Positions 9,129 through 19,030 of a stretch of 64,000 nt of DNA are shown here, one piece after another; the first letter of the stretch is position 1; each line of letters starts with the position of its first letter. A model generated the notes under the pieces. The model was not told the DNA's origin. It worked only from the letters and a program-made list of their open reading frames with translations, and ran no database searches. The DNA comes from Candidatus Kaiserbacteria bacterium (lineage in GTDB: Bacteria; Patescibacteriota; Minisyncoccia; Phycocordibacterales; Phycocordibacteraceae). Location of the stretch: NCBI GenBank assembly GCA_963813065.1, contig CAWEXP010000006.1, positions 55,779-119,778 on the forward strand. Reading direction: 5' to 3'. A program made the translations under genes and the position numbers.

Positions 9129-9911
9129 ATGAATATCGAGGAACTCTCAAAGTCTCAACTGATATTGCTCACGATTCTTGTGAATTTCGTTACCTCGGTC
9201 GCGACCGGTATTTTGACGGTGTCCTTGCTCGACCACGTTCCGGCGGTGGTGACCCAGACGGTCAATCGTGTGGTCGACCACACGATCGAGACCGTCACGA
9301 CGGCTCCGGCGGCAGTGATAGCCGCGACACCCATCGCTACTCCTGCGCCCTCGAATCAGGATCTCGTGACGAGCGCACTCTCGGCGTCTGACGCACGTTT
9401 CGTTGCTATTTATCCTGCCGACATCGGTACCTCGACGCCTGCCATCGCTATCGGTACCTACCTGCCCAAGACGCGTGCGATTGTGACCGCCGCACAGAGC
9501 GCCCTGCCGAAGGAGGTGCTCGTCGGGTTCACCGATGGCTCGTATGTCGGCGCCTCGCTCTCGCACGAAGGTCGCGGCATCGCAATCTACGGCTTCGCGG
9601 ACAAGGCACCACTCTTCCAGACCTCAGCGCCGGAGCTCGTCTCTGCGAACAATTTGAAGCTTGGTGAGACGGCACTCGCCATCGCCGCCGACGGAAGCGC
9701 GACCACGGGCATCGTCGCGCGCGTCGGCACGGATGGCATCCACACGACCTTACCGGACATCGGTGCGGGTAGTGCGACCGTCGATCTCTCGGGCAACCTC
9801 ATCGGCATTGCCGCGGGCGGCACCGCCGGGCTCTTGATCCCGACCGACGCCATTCTCGCACTCCTCACCGCCACCTCCACGACGGCGACCTCCACGCCGG
9901 TAACGCACTAG
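9129..9911 (+). CDS. Membrane-anchored Ala/Thr-rich hypothetical protein
   Basis: N-terminal TM helix. C-terminal segment [17 protein letters not shown] faintly recalls a trypsin-like fold, but no catalytic Ser motif. Confidence 0.4.
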   Translation: MNIEELSKSQLILLTILVNFVTSVATGILTVSLLDHVPAVVTQTVNRVVDHTIETVTTAPAAVIAATPIATPAPSNQDLVTSALSASDARFVAIYPADIGTSTPAIAIGTYLPKTRAIVTAAQSALPKEVLVGFTDGSYVGASLSHEGRGIAIYGFADKAPLFQTSAPELVSANNLKLGETALAIAADGSATTGIVARVGTDGIHTTLPDIGAGSATVDLSGNLIGIAAGGTAGLLIPTDAILALLTATSTTATSTPVTH

Positions 9912-9915
9912 TCTC

Positions 9916-12601
9916 ATGCCTCCATTCAACCACTTCACTACCAAAGCCAAAGAAGCCGTTCGTCGCGCGCACGAGCTCGCTATTGAGCGTGGGCAGAATC
10001 ACGTGTCCTCGCTCCACCTCCTCGCCGCCTTAGTGCTCCAAGAGGAGTCACTCGTCTTCTCGATGCTCGACCGGATGGAAGTTGACCCCATCATGCTTGC
10101 CGATTCGGTACTCGAAAATCTCGAAGCGCCGGAGTCCGCCTCAGTGCTCTCGCCCTCCTATCAGATTTATCTCACGCCCGATCTCGCCAAGGCGCTCGAG
10201 GCGGCAGGGAAGGTCGCGGCGCGGATGAACGAAAATTTCGTTGGTACCGAACATCTTTTTATCGCGCTCATCGAAGAGCCGGGTCCGGCGATGGAGATTC
10301 TCGCGCGTTTCCGCATCGACAAGGATTCTGCACTCGCGGTTTTGAAAGAATTGAAGAATAGTAAGGACGGCCAGATTACGGAGCCGAAGCGTTTCCGCGC
10401 GCTCTCCAAATATGCGCGTAATCTCACCAAGATGGCCGCCGACAATAAGCTCGACCCGGTCATCGGTCGCGACCAGGAGATTAATCGCGTCATCCAGATT
10501 CTCGCGCGCCGTACTAAGAATAATCCGGTCCTCATCGGCGAGCCGGGCACGGGCAAGACTTCTATTGCAGAAGGATTGGCGCTGCGCATGGCGACCAACG
10601 ACGTGCCGGAATCGATTCGCGGCAAGGAACTCCTCTCGCTCGATCTCGGTCTGCTTATCGCGGGCACCAAGTATCGCGGCGAATTTGAAGAGCGATTGAA
10701 AAATGTGATGAAGGAAGTCGAGCGCGCAGAAGGGAAGGTTATCCTTTTCGTCGACGAGCTCCACACCATTGTCGGCGCGGGTGGGGCAGAGGGCTCGCTC
10801 GATGCCTCGAACATGCTTAAGCCGGCGCTCAGCCGCGGCGAGCTCCGCATGATTGGTGCAACAACGTTGAAGGAGTATCAGAAATATGTCGAGAAGGATG
10901 CGGCGCTCACGCGGCGATTCCAGCCGGTCTTTGTCGCGGAGCCGACCGTCGAAGATGGTATCGCGATTCTGCGTGGCCTGCGCGACAAGTACGAGCTTTT
11001 CCACGGCGTGCGGATTACCGATGGCGCCATTGTCGCCGCGGTGGATCTCTCCGCGCGCTATATCAGCGATCGCTATTTGCCCGACAAGGCGATCGACCTG
11101 ATTGATGAAGCCGCCTCTGGCCTGCGTATCGCGCTCGAGAACAAGCCGCCGCTCCTCGAAGAAACCGACCGCAAAATTCGCCGCCTCGAGATTGAACGCC
11201 AAGCACTCTCGAAGGATGCCGAGACCGAGCAGAGCAAAGAGATTACCGAGCGCCTGAAGGCAATTGAGAAAGAAATTGCTGACCTGAAAGAGAAGACGAG
11301 CGAGCTCGAGCTGAAGTGGAAAAATGAAAAAGAAGTGCTTGAGGGTATCCGCGCCGAATAAGACTGAGCTGGAAAAATTGAAGACAGCAGGCCGACCTCG
11401 CCGATGTCGCCGCAGACCTCGGCACCGTCGCCGAGATTCGCTACGGCAAGATCCCGCAATTGCAAAAAGACTTGGAAGTGAAACTGAAGCGCTTGAAAAC
11501 GCTCCAGAAGTCGCGCCGCGTGTTGAATGAAGAAGTGACCGAGCACGAGATTGCGGCGGTTGTCGGTCGCTGGACCGGCATTCCCGTTTCCAGGATGCTC
11601 GAAGAAGAGGCGACGAAGCTCTCGCGCATGGAGGAGACGTTGAAGAAGACCATCATCGGCCAGGACGCGGCGATCCAGAAGGTCGCGGATGCGGTGAAGC
11701 GCTCGCGCGTCGGCATCAGCGACCCGAATCGGCCCATCGGCTCGTTCCTCTTCCTCGGGCCCACCGGCGTCGGCAAGACCGAGCTCTCGCGCCAGCTGGC
11801 GGAATTTATGTTCAACGATCCCGAGGCTCTGGTGCGCGTCGACATGAGCGAATTTATGGAGAAACACTCAGTGGCGAAACTCATTGGCGCACCGCCGGGC
11901 TATGTCGGCCACGAAGAAGCGGGCTCGCTGACCGAGCGCATGCGTCACCGCCCGTATGCCGTCATTCTCTTCGACGAAATCGAGAAGGCGCATCCGGAAG
12001 TCTTTAATATCCTCCTCCAAGTGCTCGACTCGGGGCACCTCACCGACTCAAGGGTCGCAAGGTCAATTTCAAGAACACGATTATCATTCTCACGAGCAAC
12101 ATCGGCGGGGAATACGTCGATCGCCTCGCGCATATCGGATTCGGCGCTACGGATGCCACCGACGCGACGCGCTACGAGGAGACGAAAGAAAAGGTGATGA
12201 ACGCTCTGAAGGATCACTTCCGTCCCGAGTTCCTCAATCGCCTCGACGACATCATCATCTTCGATGTGCTCTCGCGGGAGGCGCTCGCCGGTATCGTCGA
12301 GAAACAGGTCGCCGAAGTGGTCGGCCGACTCGCCGAGAAAAAGATTTCGCTCGCTATCACGCCCGAGGTGCGTGCCTGGCTCGCGGAGAAGGGGTACAGC
12401 CTGCAGTACGGCGCGCGCCCTCTGCGCCGCACCATCCAGGACAAGATCCTCACGCCGCTCGCGTCGCTGATGATCTCGCATGGCGTCAGCGAGGGTGGCA
12501 CGGTCACGGTCTCGTTGAAAAATGGCGAACCGAATTTTGAAGTCCAGAAACGCGCCCCGCGTGCGGTCAAAGCCTCGCGCGCGACTGCCGCGGTTGCCTA
12601 A
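9916..12601 (+). CDS. clpB: ClpB/ClpC-like AAA+ chaperone ATPase, interrupted by three apparent 1-nt frameshifts
   Basis: Clp_N repeats; AAA-1 Walker [10 protein letters not shown]; middle-domain coiled coil; AAA-2 Walker [10 protein letters not shown]; ClpB_D2-small in the third ORF. Frame breaks at ~11362, ~11400 and ~12050 (the last in the A run of tcaaggg). Confidence 0.8.
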
Positions 12602-12630
12602 GAGGCGTTCGTCTGCTAGATTCTCCCTAT

Positions 12631-12786
12631 ATGTCCCAAGACCGCATTTTGAAGCTGAAGTCCACCAAGTCGAAGCACGTCATCTGGACGCGCAAGAACA
12701 AGAAGCAGGTGGAGCGCAAGATTGAGCTCATGAAGTTCGATCCGACTTTGCGCAAGCGTGTCCTCTTCAAAGAGGCAAAGAAATAA
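12631..12786 (+). CDS. rpmG: 50S ribosomal protein L33
   Basis: 51-aa ORF MSQDRILKLKSTKSKHVIWTRKNKKQVERKIELMKFDPTLRKRVLFKEAKK matching the L33 pattern (..KLELKKFDP..R.HV.YKEAK). Not in the supplied ORF track because <60 aa. Confidence 0.8.
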   Translation: MSQDRILKLKSTKSKHVIWTRKNKKQVERKIELMKFDPTLRKRVLFKEAKK

Positions 12787-12845
12787 TTGCTTTTTCCTGC
12801 CACTGGCGGTAGGCTCTCGCCAGAGTTGTAACACAGGAGTTCGTC

Positions 12846-13424
12846 GTGAAGACAGCGAAACTGCAACCAGGCGAGTGGGGTGTGCGTGGGCCAATCGAGT
12901 TCGAGGTGCCCTACGGCATCCCGGCCGATGTCGAATATGCTTTCAAAGAGGACGAGCGCGCCTGTTTCAAAGATGCGAAGAACTCAGTCGGGCGTTTCAA
13001 TCAATGCCGAACCAATTCACGCGAACGGAAAATTGTTCGTCCAATGCTCGGCGCTATTGCGATTCTCCCATACGCTGGCGTACTCTCAGATCAGCTGGAG
13101 AAGATTGTCGAAAATTTGACGGCGCTTGCCGGCTACACCGCGGCCGATGCCTACGAGCTCGCCGCGTGGGTCAAAAGGGTAGAGCGACGCAAGCTCTCGC
13201 CCGACATTCTCTTCGCGCCCTGTACCTTCACTCGCACGGCGCGGGACAACATCGATCTGCTCTGCTACGTTAAAACATTGCGCCGTTGTGAATTTCTCAA
13301 CGTCTCGCAAGGCTCGCTTACGAGCGAGTACGGTCCGGCGATGGTGCGCGGGGATAACTCGCACTGGCTCTTCAAGTCGCACATGACCGCCGGCGTGCTG
13401 TGCACCAAACCATTCAATCAATAA
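12846..13424 (+). CDS. Hypothetical protein
   Basis: 192-aa ORF with coding-like composition; no recognisable domain. Confidence 0.45.
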   Translation: MKTAKLQPGEWGVRGPIEFEVPYGIPADVEYAFKEDERACFKDAKNSVGRFNQCRTNSRERKIVRPMLGAIAILPYAGVLSDQLEKIVENLTALAGYTAADAYELAAWVKRVERRKLSPDILFAPCTFTRTARDNIDLLCYVKTLRRCEFLNVSQGSLTSEYGPAMVRGDNSHWLFKSHMTAGVLCTKPFNQ

Positions 13425-13429
13425 TAAAA

Positions 13430-13459
13430 ACGGCCCCAAATCGGGGCCGTCATTTTTTC
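13430..13459 (+). terminator. Rho-independent terminator (bidirectional position)
   Basis: ACGGCCCCaaatCGGGGCCGT hairpin followed by TTTTTT, immediately after the 12846-13424 stop. Confidence 0.7.
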
Positions 13460-13760
13460 AGATTGTCATCGGATCGACGGTAAGGGATGTGTCCTCGCGC
13501 CAGATCTCGTTGCCGTCATCGTCTTTGAGCACGACATTCCGCACGCGAACCGGTTCGCCGCGCGGGCCGATATTCGGTATGGGTAAGCGGCTGATGAAAT
13601 TTTGCGCAATAAAGATGGCCGCTCTATTACTCTCATCGCTTGACGTACCGCTCGGCACATCGACGGGCGCTGATTTGGGTTCCCAGACAATGGGGCCGCT
13701 ATGCGGCGAATCGCCAGGCCCGCGAGTGGGCTGTTCGAAGGTCAATTCGTACGTTTTCAT
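13458..13760 (-). CDS. Hypothetical protein
   Basis: Start placed at internal MKTYELTFEQ because the longer ORF would overlap tRNA-Trp. Confidence 0.4.
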   Translation of the reverse strand: MKTYELTFEQPTRGPGDSPHSGPIVWEPKSAPVDVPSGTSSDESNRAAIFIAQNFISRLPIPNIGPRGEPVRVRNVVLKDDDGNEIWREDTSLTVDPMTI

Positions 13761-13838
13761 CGCACGCTCCTTTTCGGGTGCTGATCTTCCTCCATCATCG
13801 CCCCCTGCGACCCGAGCGTCAAGTATTAAAAATAAAGG

Positions 13839-13909
13839 CGGGTCCACCAGGATTCGAACCTGGATTAACGGTTTTGGAGACCGTCGTTCTACCATTGAAC
13901 TATGAACCC
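13839..13909 (-). tRNA. tRNA-Trp (anticodon CCA)
   Basis: Minus-strand cloverleaf: GGGTTCA acceptor, anticodon loop CTCCAAA, T-arm CCAGGTTCGAATCCTGG. Confidence 0.8.
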
Positions 13910-14061
13910 GGAGTGAGGTCACGAGCGATACGTCTGCGTATTGCTCGTGCGCCGAACGCAGGGTTCACACGCTTACGTATGAACCCGTAGTGGAAGGGTA
14001 GCAGACTCGAGGCGGTGGGGAAAGCTGCTCTGGCGCCTTACAGAGGGAGTATGATGGCGGT

Positions 14062-15072
14062 ATGCGTTCTCGCTTGCCGCTTTTGGCACTGCTCGCCACC
14101 CTCGGGTCTTTTGCGCTCCCACTCTTTGCGCATGCCACGGGCATCCCGTACTTCGGCCCTGTGGTGCCGAGCAATGCCGCCACCTGCGCCGCTGGCTGGC
14201 AGAGCCTCATCCAACTCATCAACAACGCCGTCGCGGTGGGCATCACCATCGTCCTGCTCTTCATCGCGCCCATCATGATCGCCTACGCCGGTTTTCTCTA
14301 TGTGGTGAATCCGGTTAATCCGAGCGGAAGGAGCCAGGCGAATAAGATGATGCTCAATGTGGTCACGGGCATCGTTATCTCGCTCGCGGCCTGGCTCATT
14401 GTGGATGCGGTTCTCACGACGCTTACCAATCAGGGCGGCCTAAATGTTTGGACCGCCGGCATGTTTGGCGACGGCACCACGCCCTGCCTCATTACCGATG
14501 CCAGTTTGAATACTTTTAATCAGAGCACGGGACAGACGGTCACGAGCGCGAGCGCGAACAGCGCGGCGCTCTCGGGTACCGGTGTCGGCTCCTGCGATCC
14601 CATCGAGGTCGGTGTCGGCGCGTCGAATGGCGGGTATGCCACAACTGCGGCAGAGGACCAGGCGCTTGCCTGCATCGCGCGCTACGAGAGTTCCTGTGGC
14701 ACCAAGAATCCGCCCTACAATCTCAACTCGAGCTGGAACACTCCAATAGCTAGCGCGGGTGGCAAAGCATCAACTGCGGCCGGTGCATTCCAGGTGCTTC
14801 TTGCTTCGAATCATACCTGCTACGACAATAACGCCTGTGATGCGGCGGTAAACTTGCCTCCCGGCACGCCGCTCAATTGCAACAAGGCGTTTACCTCGCT
14901 CGGCCTTCCGATTGATGGTCCCGCTCTGCAACAATGCGAACAAGCGGCGGGAAATGTCGCGTGCAGTTCGGCGGCCGCAGCCTGTCTGCTCACCCAGCAA
15001 ACTTTTCTCAAAGCCTATGCGGCCGATTCCTATGCGCAGAGTTGCGCGAGCCAGGCCGGCTACAGTGGCTAA
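14062..15072 (+). CDS. Fusion protein: signal peptide + pilin-like two-helix membrane domain + C-terminal lytic transglycosylase (SLT/VirB1-like) domain
   Basis: N-terminus MRSRLPLLALLATLGSFALPLFAHA. Hydrophobic core AVGITIVLLFIAPIMIAYAGFLYVV, pilin-paralog-like. C-terminal SLT-type signature ARYESSCGTKNPPYNLNSS...AGAFQVL (ES...NP...S..GA.G.xQ). Confidence 0.5.
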   Translation: MRSRLPLLALLATLGSFALPLFAHATGIPYFGPVVPSNAATCAAGWQSLIQLINNAVAVGITIVLLFIAPIMIAYAGFLYVVNPVNPSGRSQANKMMLNVVTGIVISLAAWLIVDAVLTTLTNQGGLNVWTAGMFGDGTTPCLITDASLNTFNQSTGQTVTSASANSAALSGTGVGSCDPIEVGVGASNGGYATTAAEDQALACIARYESSCGTKNPPYNLNSSWNTPIASAGGKASTAAGAFQVLLASNHTCYDNNACDAAVNLPPGTPLNCNKAFTSLGLPIDGPALQQCEQAAGNVACSSAAAACLLTQQTFLKAYAADSYAQSCASQAGYSG

Positions 15073-15089
15073 TGCGCTATGATGCAACT

Positions 15090-15629
15090 ATGAAAAAAGT
15101 ACTTATCATCCTCGCAATTCTCCTCATTATTCTCGGCGCAGTGTATTTCTTTTTCTTCACTGCGAAGATGCCAAACACACTCATCACCGGTACGCCCGGC
15201 TTACCAGTTGCCGGTTCGCAGTTGACGCCCGTTGGCTCGGAGGCGTCGACCACGACGAGCGCAGCGGAAGTCACGGTCGCTGCGCGTGGCACGGACCAGC
15301 CGATCGTCGTCAATGATTTTGTGCACAACGGCACCACGGCGCCTGACCCTTCGAATACGGGTAATTATTATCTCGCGGGTATGAACGGGAGCGATTTCGC
15401 TATCAGCTACAACGCGACGAGCCAATTTTTCACCATCGCGCTCAACAAAGAGCCCATCGGCACTGCGCGGCTTGAGGCAGAGCAATTCCTCCTGAAGGCA
15501 CTTGGGATACCTGAGGCACAACTCTGTAATATTAATTATTATCTCGGCACCGACGTATACACCAACTCGCTCTATGCCGGCAAGAACCTCGGCTTCAGCT
15601 TCTGCCCGGGCGCAACCGCATTACCCTAG
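15090..15629 (+). CDS. Membrane-anchored hypothetical protein
   Basis: MKKVLIILAILLIILGAVYFFFF N-terminal TM helix followed by a soluble domain. Confidence 0.45.
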   Translation: MKKVLIILAILLIILGAVYFFFFTAKMPNTLITGTPGLPVAGSQLTPVGSEASTTTSAAEVTVAARGTDQPIVVNDFVHNGTTAPDPSNTGNYYLAGMNGSDFAISYNATSQFFTIALNKEPIGTARLEAEQFLLKALGIPEAQLCNINYYLGTDVYTNSLYAGKNLGFSFCPGATALP

Positions 15630-15682
15630 TCACGAGTGCTCACCAAGCAAACAAAACAGAGCGCTCGGGCCGCTAGGCCAAT

Positions 15683-16654
15683 TCAACTCTGTTTTGTTCG
15701 CTTGCCTCGCACTCGTTTGCCAGCTTGCGGAGCCACGGCTTTTTGGCGACGGGCGTACTGCCACAGTTTAGCCGAAAGGGTAGGGAGAAGTGATTCTTTT
15801 GTGCGTTCATCACGCAAAAATTCGCCGACGATTTTGTACTCGAGACCGAGTTCGTTGAGGCGTAGTGCCTGCCCGGCTCGCTCGCGAGACGGGTCGCCAA
15901 CTTCTGCGCGCACGCGGGCGACCTCTTCGATAAGTCCGCGCTCCAGAGCGCTCGCGAGTCGCGCATCAATGTGTGCGCGCAATTCTTCGCGTGGTGGATC
16001 GATCATGATCCACTCGATTTGGTATTTGGGAAGGTCCTGTTTGTTCAGGTCAGACCTAAACAGTTGCTGTTTAGGTCTGACCTGAACAGGTCGCAGAGGG
16101 ACAGAGCCGCGAGCGGCAATAATCTCGAGCGCGCGGACGAGTCGGCGACGATTCTGCGGATCGAGCTCGGCCGCGCGGCGCGGGTCGGCTGTTTGTACTC
16201 TCGCAAACAGTTCTTCGGTCGAGAGCGTTCGAGCTCGGCGCGCAGTTCTGGATTCATGGCCACACTGCCGGGCAAACCTTTCAGCAATGCATCAAAATAA
16301 AAATGCGTCCCGCCGGCGAGGATCGGCAATTTCCCACGCGCGTTATCTCTGCGATCAGTCGCTCCGGCGTCGTGGACAAAATCTCCTGCCGAATAACTTT
16401 CGATTGCGTTGCGAATATCGATAAGGTGGTGAGATATGCCACGCATTTCCTCGCTCGTGTATTTTCTCCGTGCCAATGTCGAGGCCGCGGTAGACTTGGC
16501 GTGAGTCGACCGAAATCGACCTCGCCCCCCGCGCGAGCGCTTCTTGCACGGCCCGCGCGGATTTCCCCGAGGCGGTCGGCCCGGCGATGATAAGGATTTG
16601 CTCTGCCATCAGCCGCGATGGTATCCATAAATGTATGAAAGAAATGAAAAGCAA
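15683..16654 (-). CDS. miaA: tRNA dimethylallyltransferase MiaA, split into three ORFs by two apparent 1-nt frameshifts and carrying an in-frame palindromic insert
   Basis: P-loop GPTASGKS; motifs GISHHLIDI and ILAGGTHFY; C-terminal RALEIIAARG and WQYARRQ. Frame breaks at ~16448 (AAAA run) and ~16205. Confidence 0.65.
16037..16093. repeat. Palindromic element inserted in frame in miaA (CAGGTCAGACCTAAACAG-ttg-CTGTTTAGGTCTGACCTG plus imperfect flanks)
   Basis: 18-bp perfect inverted arms with 3-nt loop, extended by imperfect pairing. Translates without a stop in the miaA frame as RPVQVRPKQQLFRSDLNKQ. Confidence 0.7.
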
Positions 16655-17296
16655 TTATTGCGAGCATTGCGGCGAGTTCCACGATCATCCGGCCACGACT
16701 ATGTGAGCCAGGTGCGTGTTGGCGAGAGCGTGCCGGACTTCGAGTTCGAGGTCTACCAGAAGGAGAATATTAAAAAGATGTCGCTGTCCTCTCTGCGCGG
16801 CAAGTGGGCCGTGCTGGTCTTCTATCCGGCTGACTTCACGTTCGTCTGTCCGACCGAGCTCGAAGAATATGCGCATCTCTATTCGAAGTTCCAAGAATTG
16901 AATGCCGAAGTGATTTCGGTTTCCTCAGACACGGTCTTCACGCACAAGGCCTGGCACGACACGAGCGAGGCAATCAGCAGAATCAACTATCCGATGGCGG
17001 CTGACCCTTCGGGCAAATTGGCGTACGCCTTTGGCGTGCTCATTGAGGGTGGCGAGGCGGAGCTGACGCCGGACGAGGGTCTCGCTCTGCGCGGTACCTT
17101 CCTCATCGACCCGGCGGGCATCCTCCGCGCGATGGAGATCAACGACAATTCGATGGGCCGCAAGGCCGCCGAGACGCTCCGCAAGCTCCAGATGGCGCAG
17201 TACGTCGAGACGCACAAGGGTCAGGTCTGTCCGGCTTCGTGGGAGCCGGGTGACGACACGCTCGAGCCGGGGCTTGATCTGGTAGGGAAGATATAA
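16631..17296 (+). CDS. Peroxiredoxin (AhpC/Prx1 family, 2-Cys)
   Basis: FYPADFTFVCPTEL peroxidatic-Cys motif and resolving Cys near the C-terminus (VCPASW). True start probably downstream, e.g. GTG ~16703. Confidence 0.75.
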   Translation: MYERNEKQLLRALRRVPRSSGHDYVSQVRVGESVPDFEFEVYQKENIKKMSLSSLRGKWAVLVFYPADFTFVCPTELEEYAHLYSKFQELNAEVISVSSDTVFTHKAWHDTSEAISRINYPMAADPSGKLAYAFGVLIEGGEAELTPDEGLALRGTFLIDPAGILRAMEINDNSMGRKAAETLRKLQMAQYVETHKGQVCPASWEPGDDTLEPGLDLVGKI

Positions 17297-17297
17297 C

Positions 17298-17906
17298 GTG
17301 CCATCTTCGCGCGAACTCTTCGACTCGTCGGGCGCGCTCACGCACGGGCATTTCATTTTCACCAACGGTCGCCACAGCGATCGCTATGTTGACAAGGACC
17401 GCGCGCTTGCGCCGAGCGTTGCGGCGCGCGTGCACGCCTGGAATATCGCGCACGCATTTGCAGGGCGGGGCATCGAGGTGGTGATTTCGCCCGCTGAAGG
17501 TGCCATCGCGCTCGGCGCGCGGGTCGCCGATGCCCTCACCGATCTCGATGGTCACGAAGTCTTTTTCGCCATATTGAAAAAAGACGCCGAGTCTCCGCAC
17601 GGATTCAGCTTTCGCTCAACGGGTGCTGATTGGGTGGCGGGCAAACGTGCACTCATTGTCGAGGATGTGCTCACAACGGGCGGGAGCGCGCGTAAAGCGG
17701 TCGGTGCCACGCGCGCAGTAGGTGCCGAGGTTGTTGCGCTCGCGGCCTTTGCCAATCGCGAGAGCGTCACGGCGGGCGACCTCGGCGTGCCCGAGCTCTT
17801 CACCCTCCTCCACATCCCCACACTCTCGTGGCCGCCCGAACGGTGCCCGCTCTGCCAGGCTGGCGTCCCCATCACCGAAACCCTCGGGCACGGAAAGCAG
17901 AAATAA
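17298..17906 (+). CDS. Type I phosphoribosyltransferase (orotate PRTase-like)
   Basis: PRPP-binding motif ALIVEDVLTTGGS. Confidence 0.6.
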   Translation: MPSSRELFDSSGALTHGHFIFTNGRHSDRYVDKDRALAPSVAARVHAWNIAHAFAGRGIEVVISPAEGAIALGARVADALTDLDGHEVFFAILKKDAESPHGFSFRSTGADWVAGKRALIVEDVLTTGGSARKAVGATRAVGAEVVALAAFANRESVTAGDLGVPELFTLLHIPTLSWPPERCPLCQAGVPITETLGHGKQK

Positions 17907-17917
17907 AATTACGTTGT

Positions 17918-17998
17918 GCCGGGAGAGAGACTCGAACTCTCATGACTCGCGTCGAGGGGTTTTGAATCCCTTGCGTCTACCAATTCCGCCATCCCGGC
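17918..17998 (-). tRNA. tRNA-Leu (anticodon CAA)
   Basis: Type II tRNA on minus strand: acceptor GCCGGGA, anticodon loop TTCAAAA, T-arm GAGAGTTCGAGTCTCTC. A31-C39 mismatch in the anticodon stem. Confidence 0.7.
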
Positions 17999-18055
17999 TG
18001 TGCATTCAACACTAGCATTTTCTCTCTTTATTTTCATCGTGGTAGAATTGCACCA

Positions 18056-19030
18056 ATGCCCGACGATGCGAAGTACGTCCCGACCAAATACGACTCGATT
18101 TTCTTGATTGATGTCGAGAAGATACACCCAAACCCTTTCCAACCGCGGCGGGAGTTCGACATGGAGAAACTGAAGTCGCTCGCCGAGTCGATCCGCCAGT
18201 ACGGCCTCCTCCAGCCCCTGACCGTGACACGCAACGATGTGGAGCGGCCGGAGGGCGGCCTCGTGAGCGAGTACGAGCTCATCGCGGGCGAGCGGCGCCT
18301 CCGTGCAAGCAAGCTTATCGGGCTCAAGCAGGTGCCGGTGGTTATCCGCACCGGCGAGACCAACCTCACCAAGCTCGAGCTCGCCATCATCGAGAATCTC
18401 CAGCGCGAAGACCTTAACGCCATCGATCGCGCGAAAGCGCTCGCCCAGCTCATCGAACAATTTAAAATTTCACACGCGGAGACGGCCGCCAAGATCGGCA
18501 AGAGCCGCGAATACGTTACTAACTCCCTGCGCCTCCTCACGCTCCCCGAGGAGATGCAGAATGCGATTGTGAATAAAGAAATTAGCGAGGGTCACGCGCG
18601 CACTCTGCTCGCGCTCAACGAGCGCCCTGAAGAGCGCGAGACGCTGTTCAAAGAAATTACGCTCAAGAAGCTCTCGGTGCGCGCGGCCGAGCGCATTGCG
18701 CGCTCCATCGCGCAGGAGCGCGTGCGTGCGCATCACAAGAAGACGCCCGAGATGATGGAAATCGAGAAGTCGCTGACTGAGAGTCTCGGCACGCGCGTCA
18801 TCATCGAGGCGAGCGCCGAGGGCGGTCGGCTGACCATCGACTTCTTCTCGCCCGAGGATCTTGCGGCAATTGTTTCGTCCTTCGCGTTCGAGCAGAAGAG
18901 TGCGTCTGCGCCTTCGGTTTCGCCCATCCTCTATCCCAACACGACACAACTCTCCTCCGACCCCGTCGCTCCGCCGGCGCCCGAGGAGAGCGAGGAGGAT
19001 TCTTATTCCGTCAGCACTTTTAGTCTTTGA
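18056..19030 (+). CDS. parB: ParB/Spo0J family chromosome partitioning protein
   Basis: ParB N-terminal box GERRLRASKLIG; HTH; C-terminal dimerisation region. No parA in the window. Confidence 0.75.
   Translation: MPDDAKYVPTKYDSIFLIDVEKIHPNPFQPRREFDMEKLKSLAESIRQYGLLQPLTVTRNDVERPEGGLVSEYELIAGERRLRASKLIGLKQVPVVIRTGETNLTKLELAIIENLQREDLNAIDRAKALAQLIEQFKISHAETAAKIGKSREYVTNSLRLLTLPEEMQNAIVNKEISEGHARTLLALNERPEERETLFKEITLKKLSVRAAERIARSIAQERVRAHHKKTPEMMEIEKSLTESLGTRVIIEASAEGGRLTIDFFSPEDLAAIVSSFAFEQKSASAPSVSPILYPNTTQLSSDPVAPPAPEESEEDSYSVSTFSL

Noticed and set aside
11324-12200. Programmed ribosomal frameshifting or genuine pseudogenisation of clpB, miaA, def and ftsI
   Set aside because: The breaks are single-nucleotide, several lie in homopolymers, and they affect many unrelated essential genes; assembly indel error is the more economical explanation.
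13923-13955. Hairpin CACGAGCGATACG-tctg-CGTATTGCTCGTG upstream of tRNA-Trp as a terminator
   Set aside because: One mismatch, no adjacent U-tract on either strand and no upstream CDS ending there; possibly a tRNA promoter-proximal structure, not annotated.
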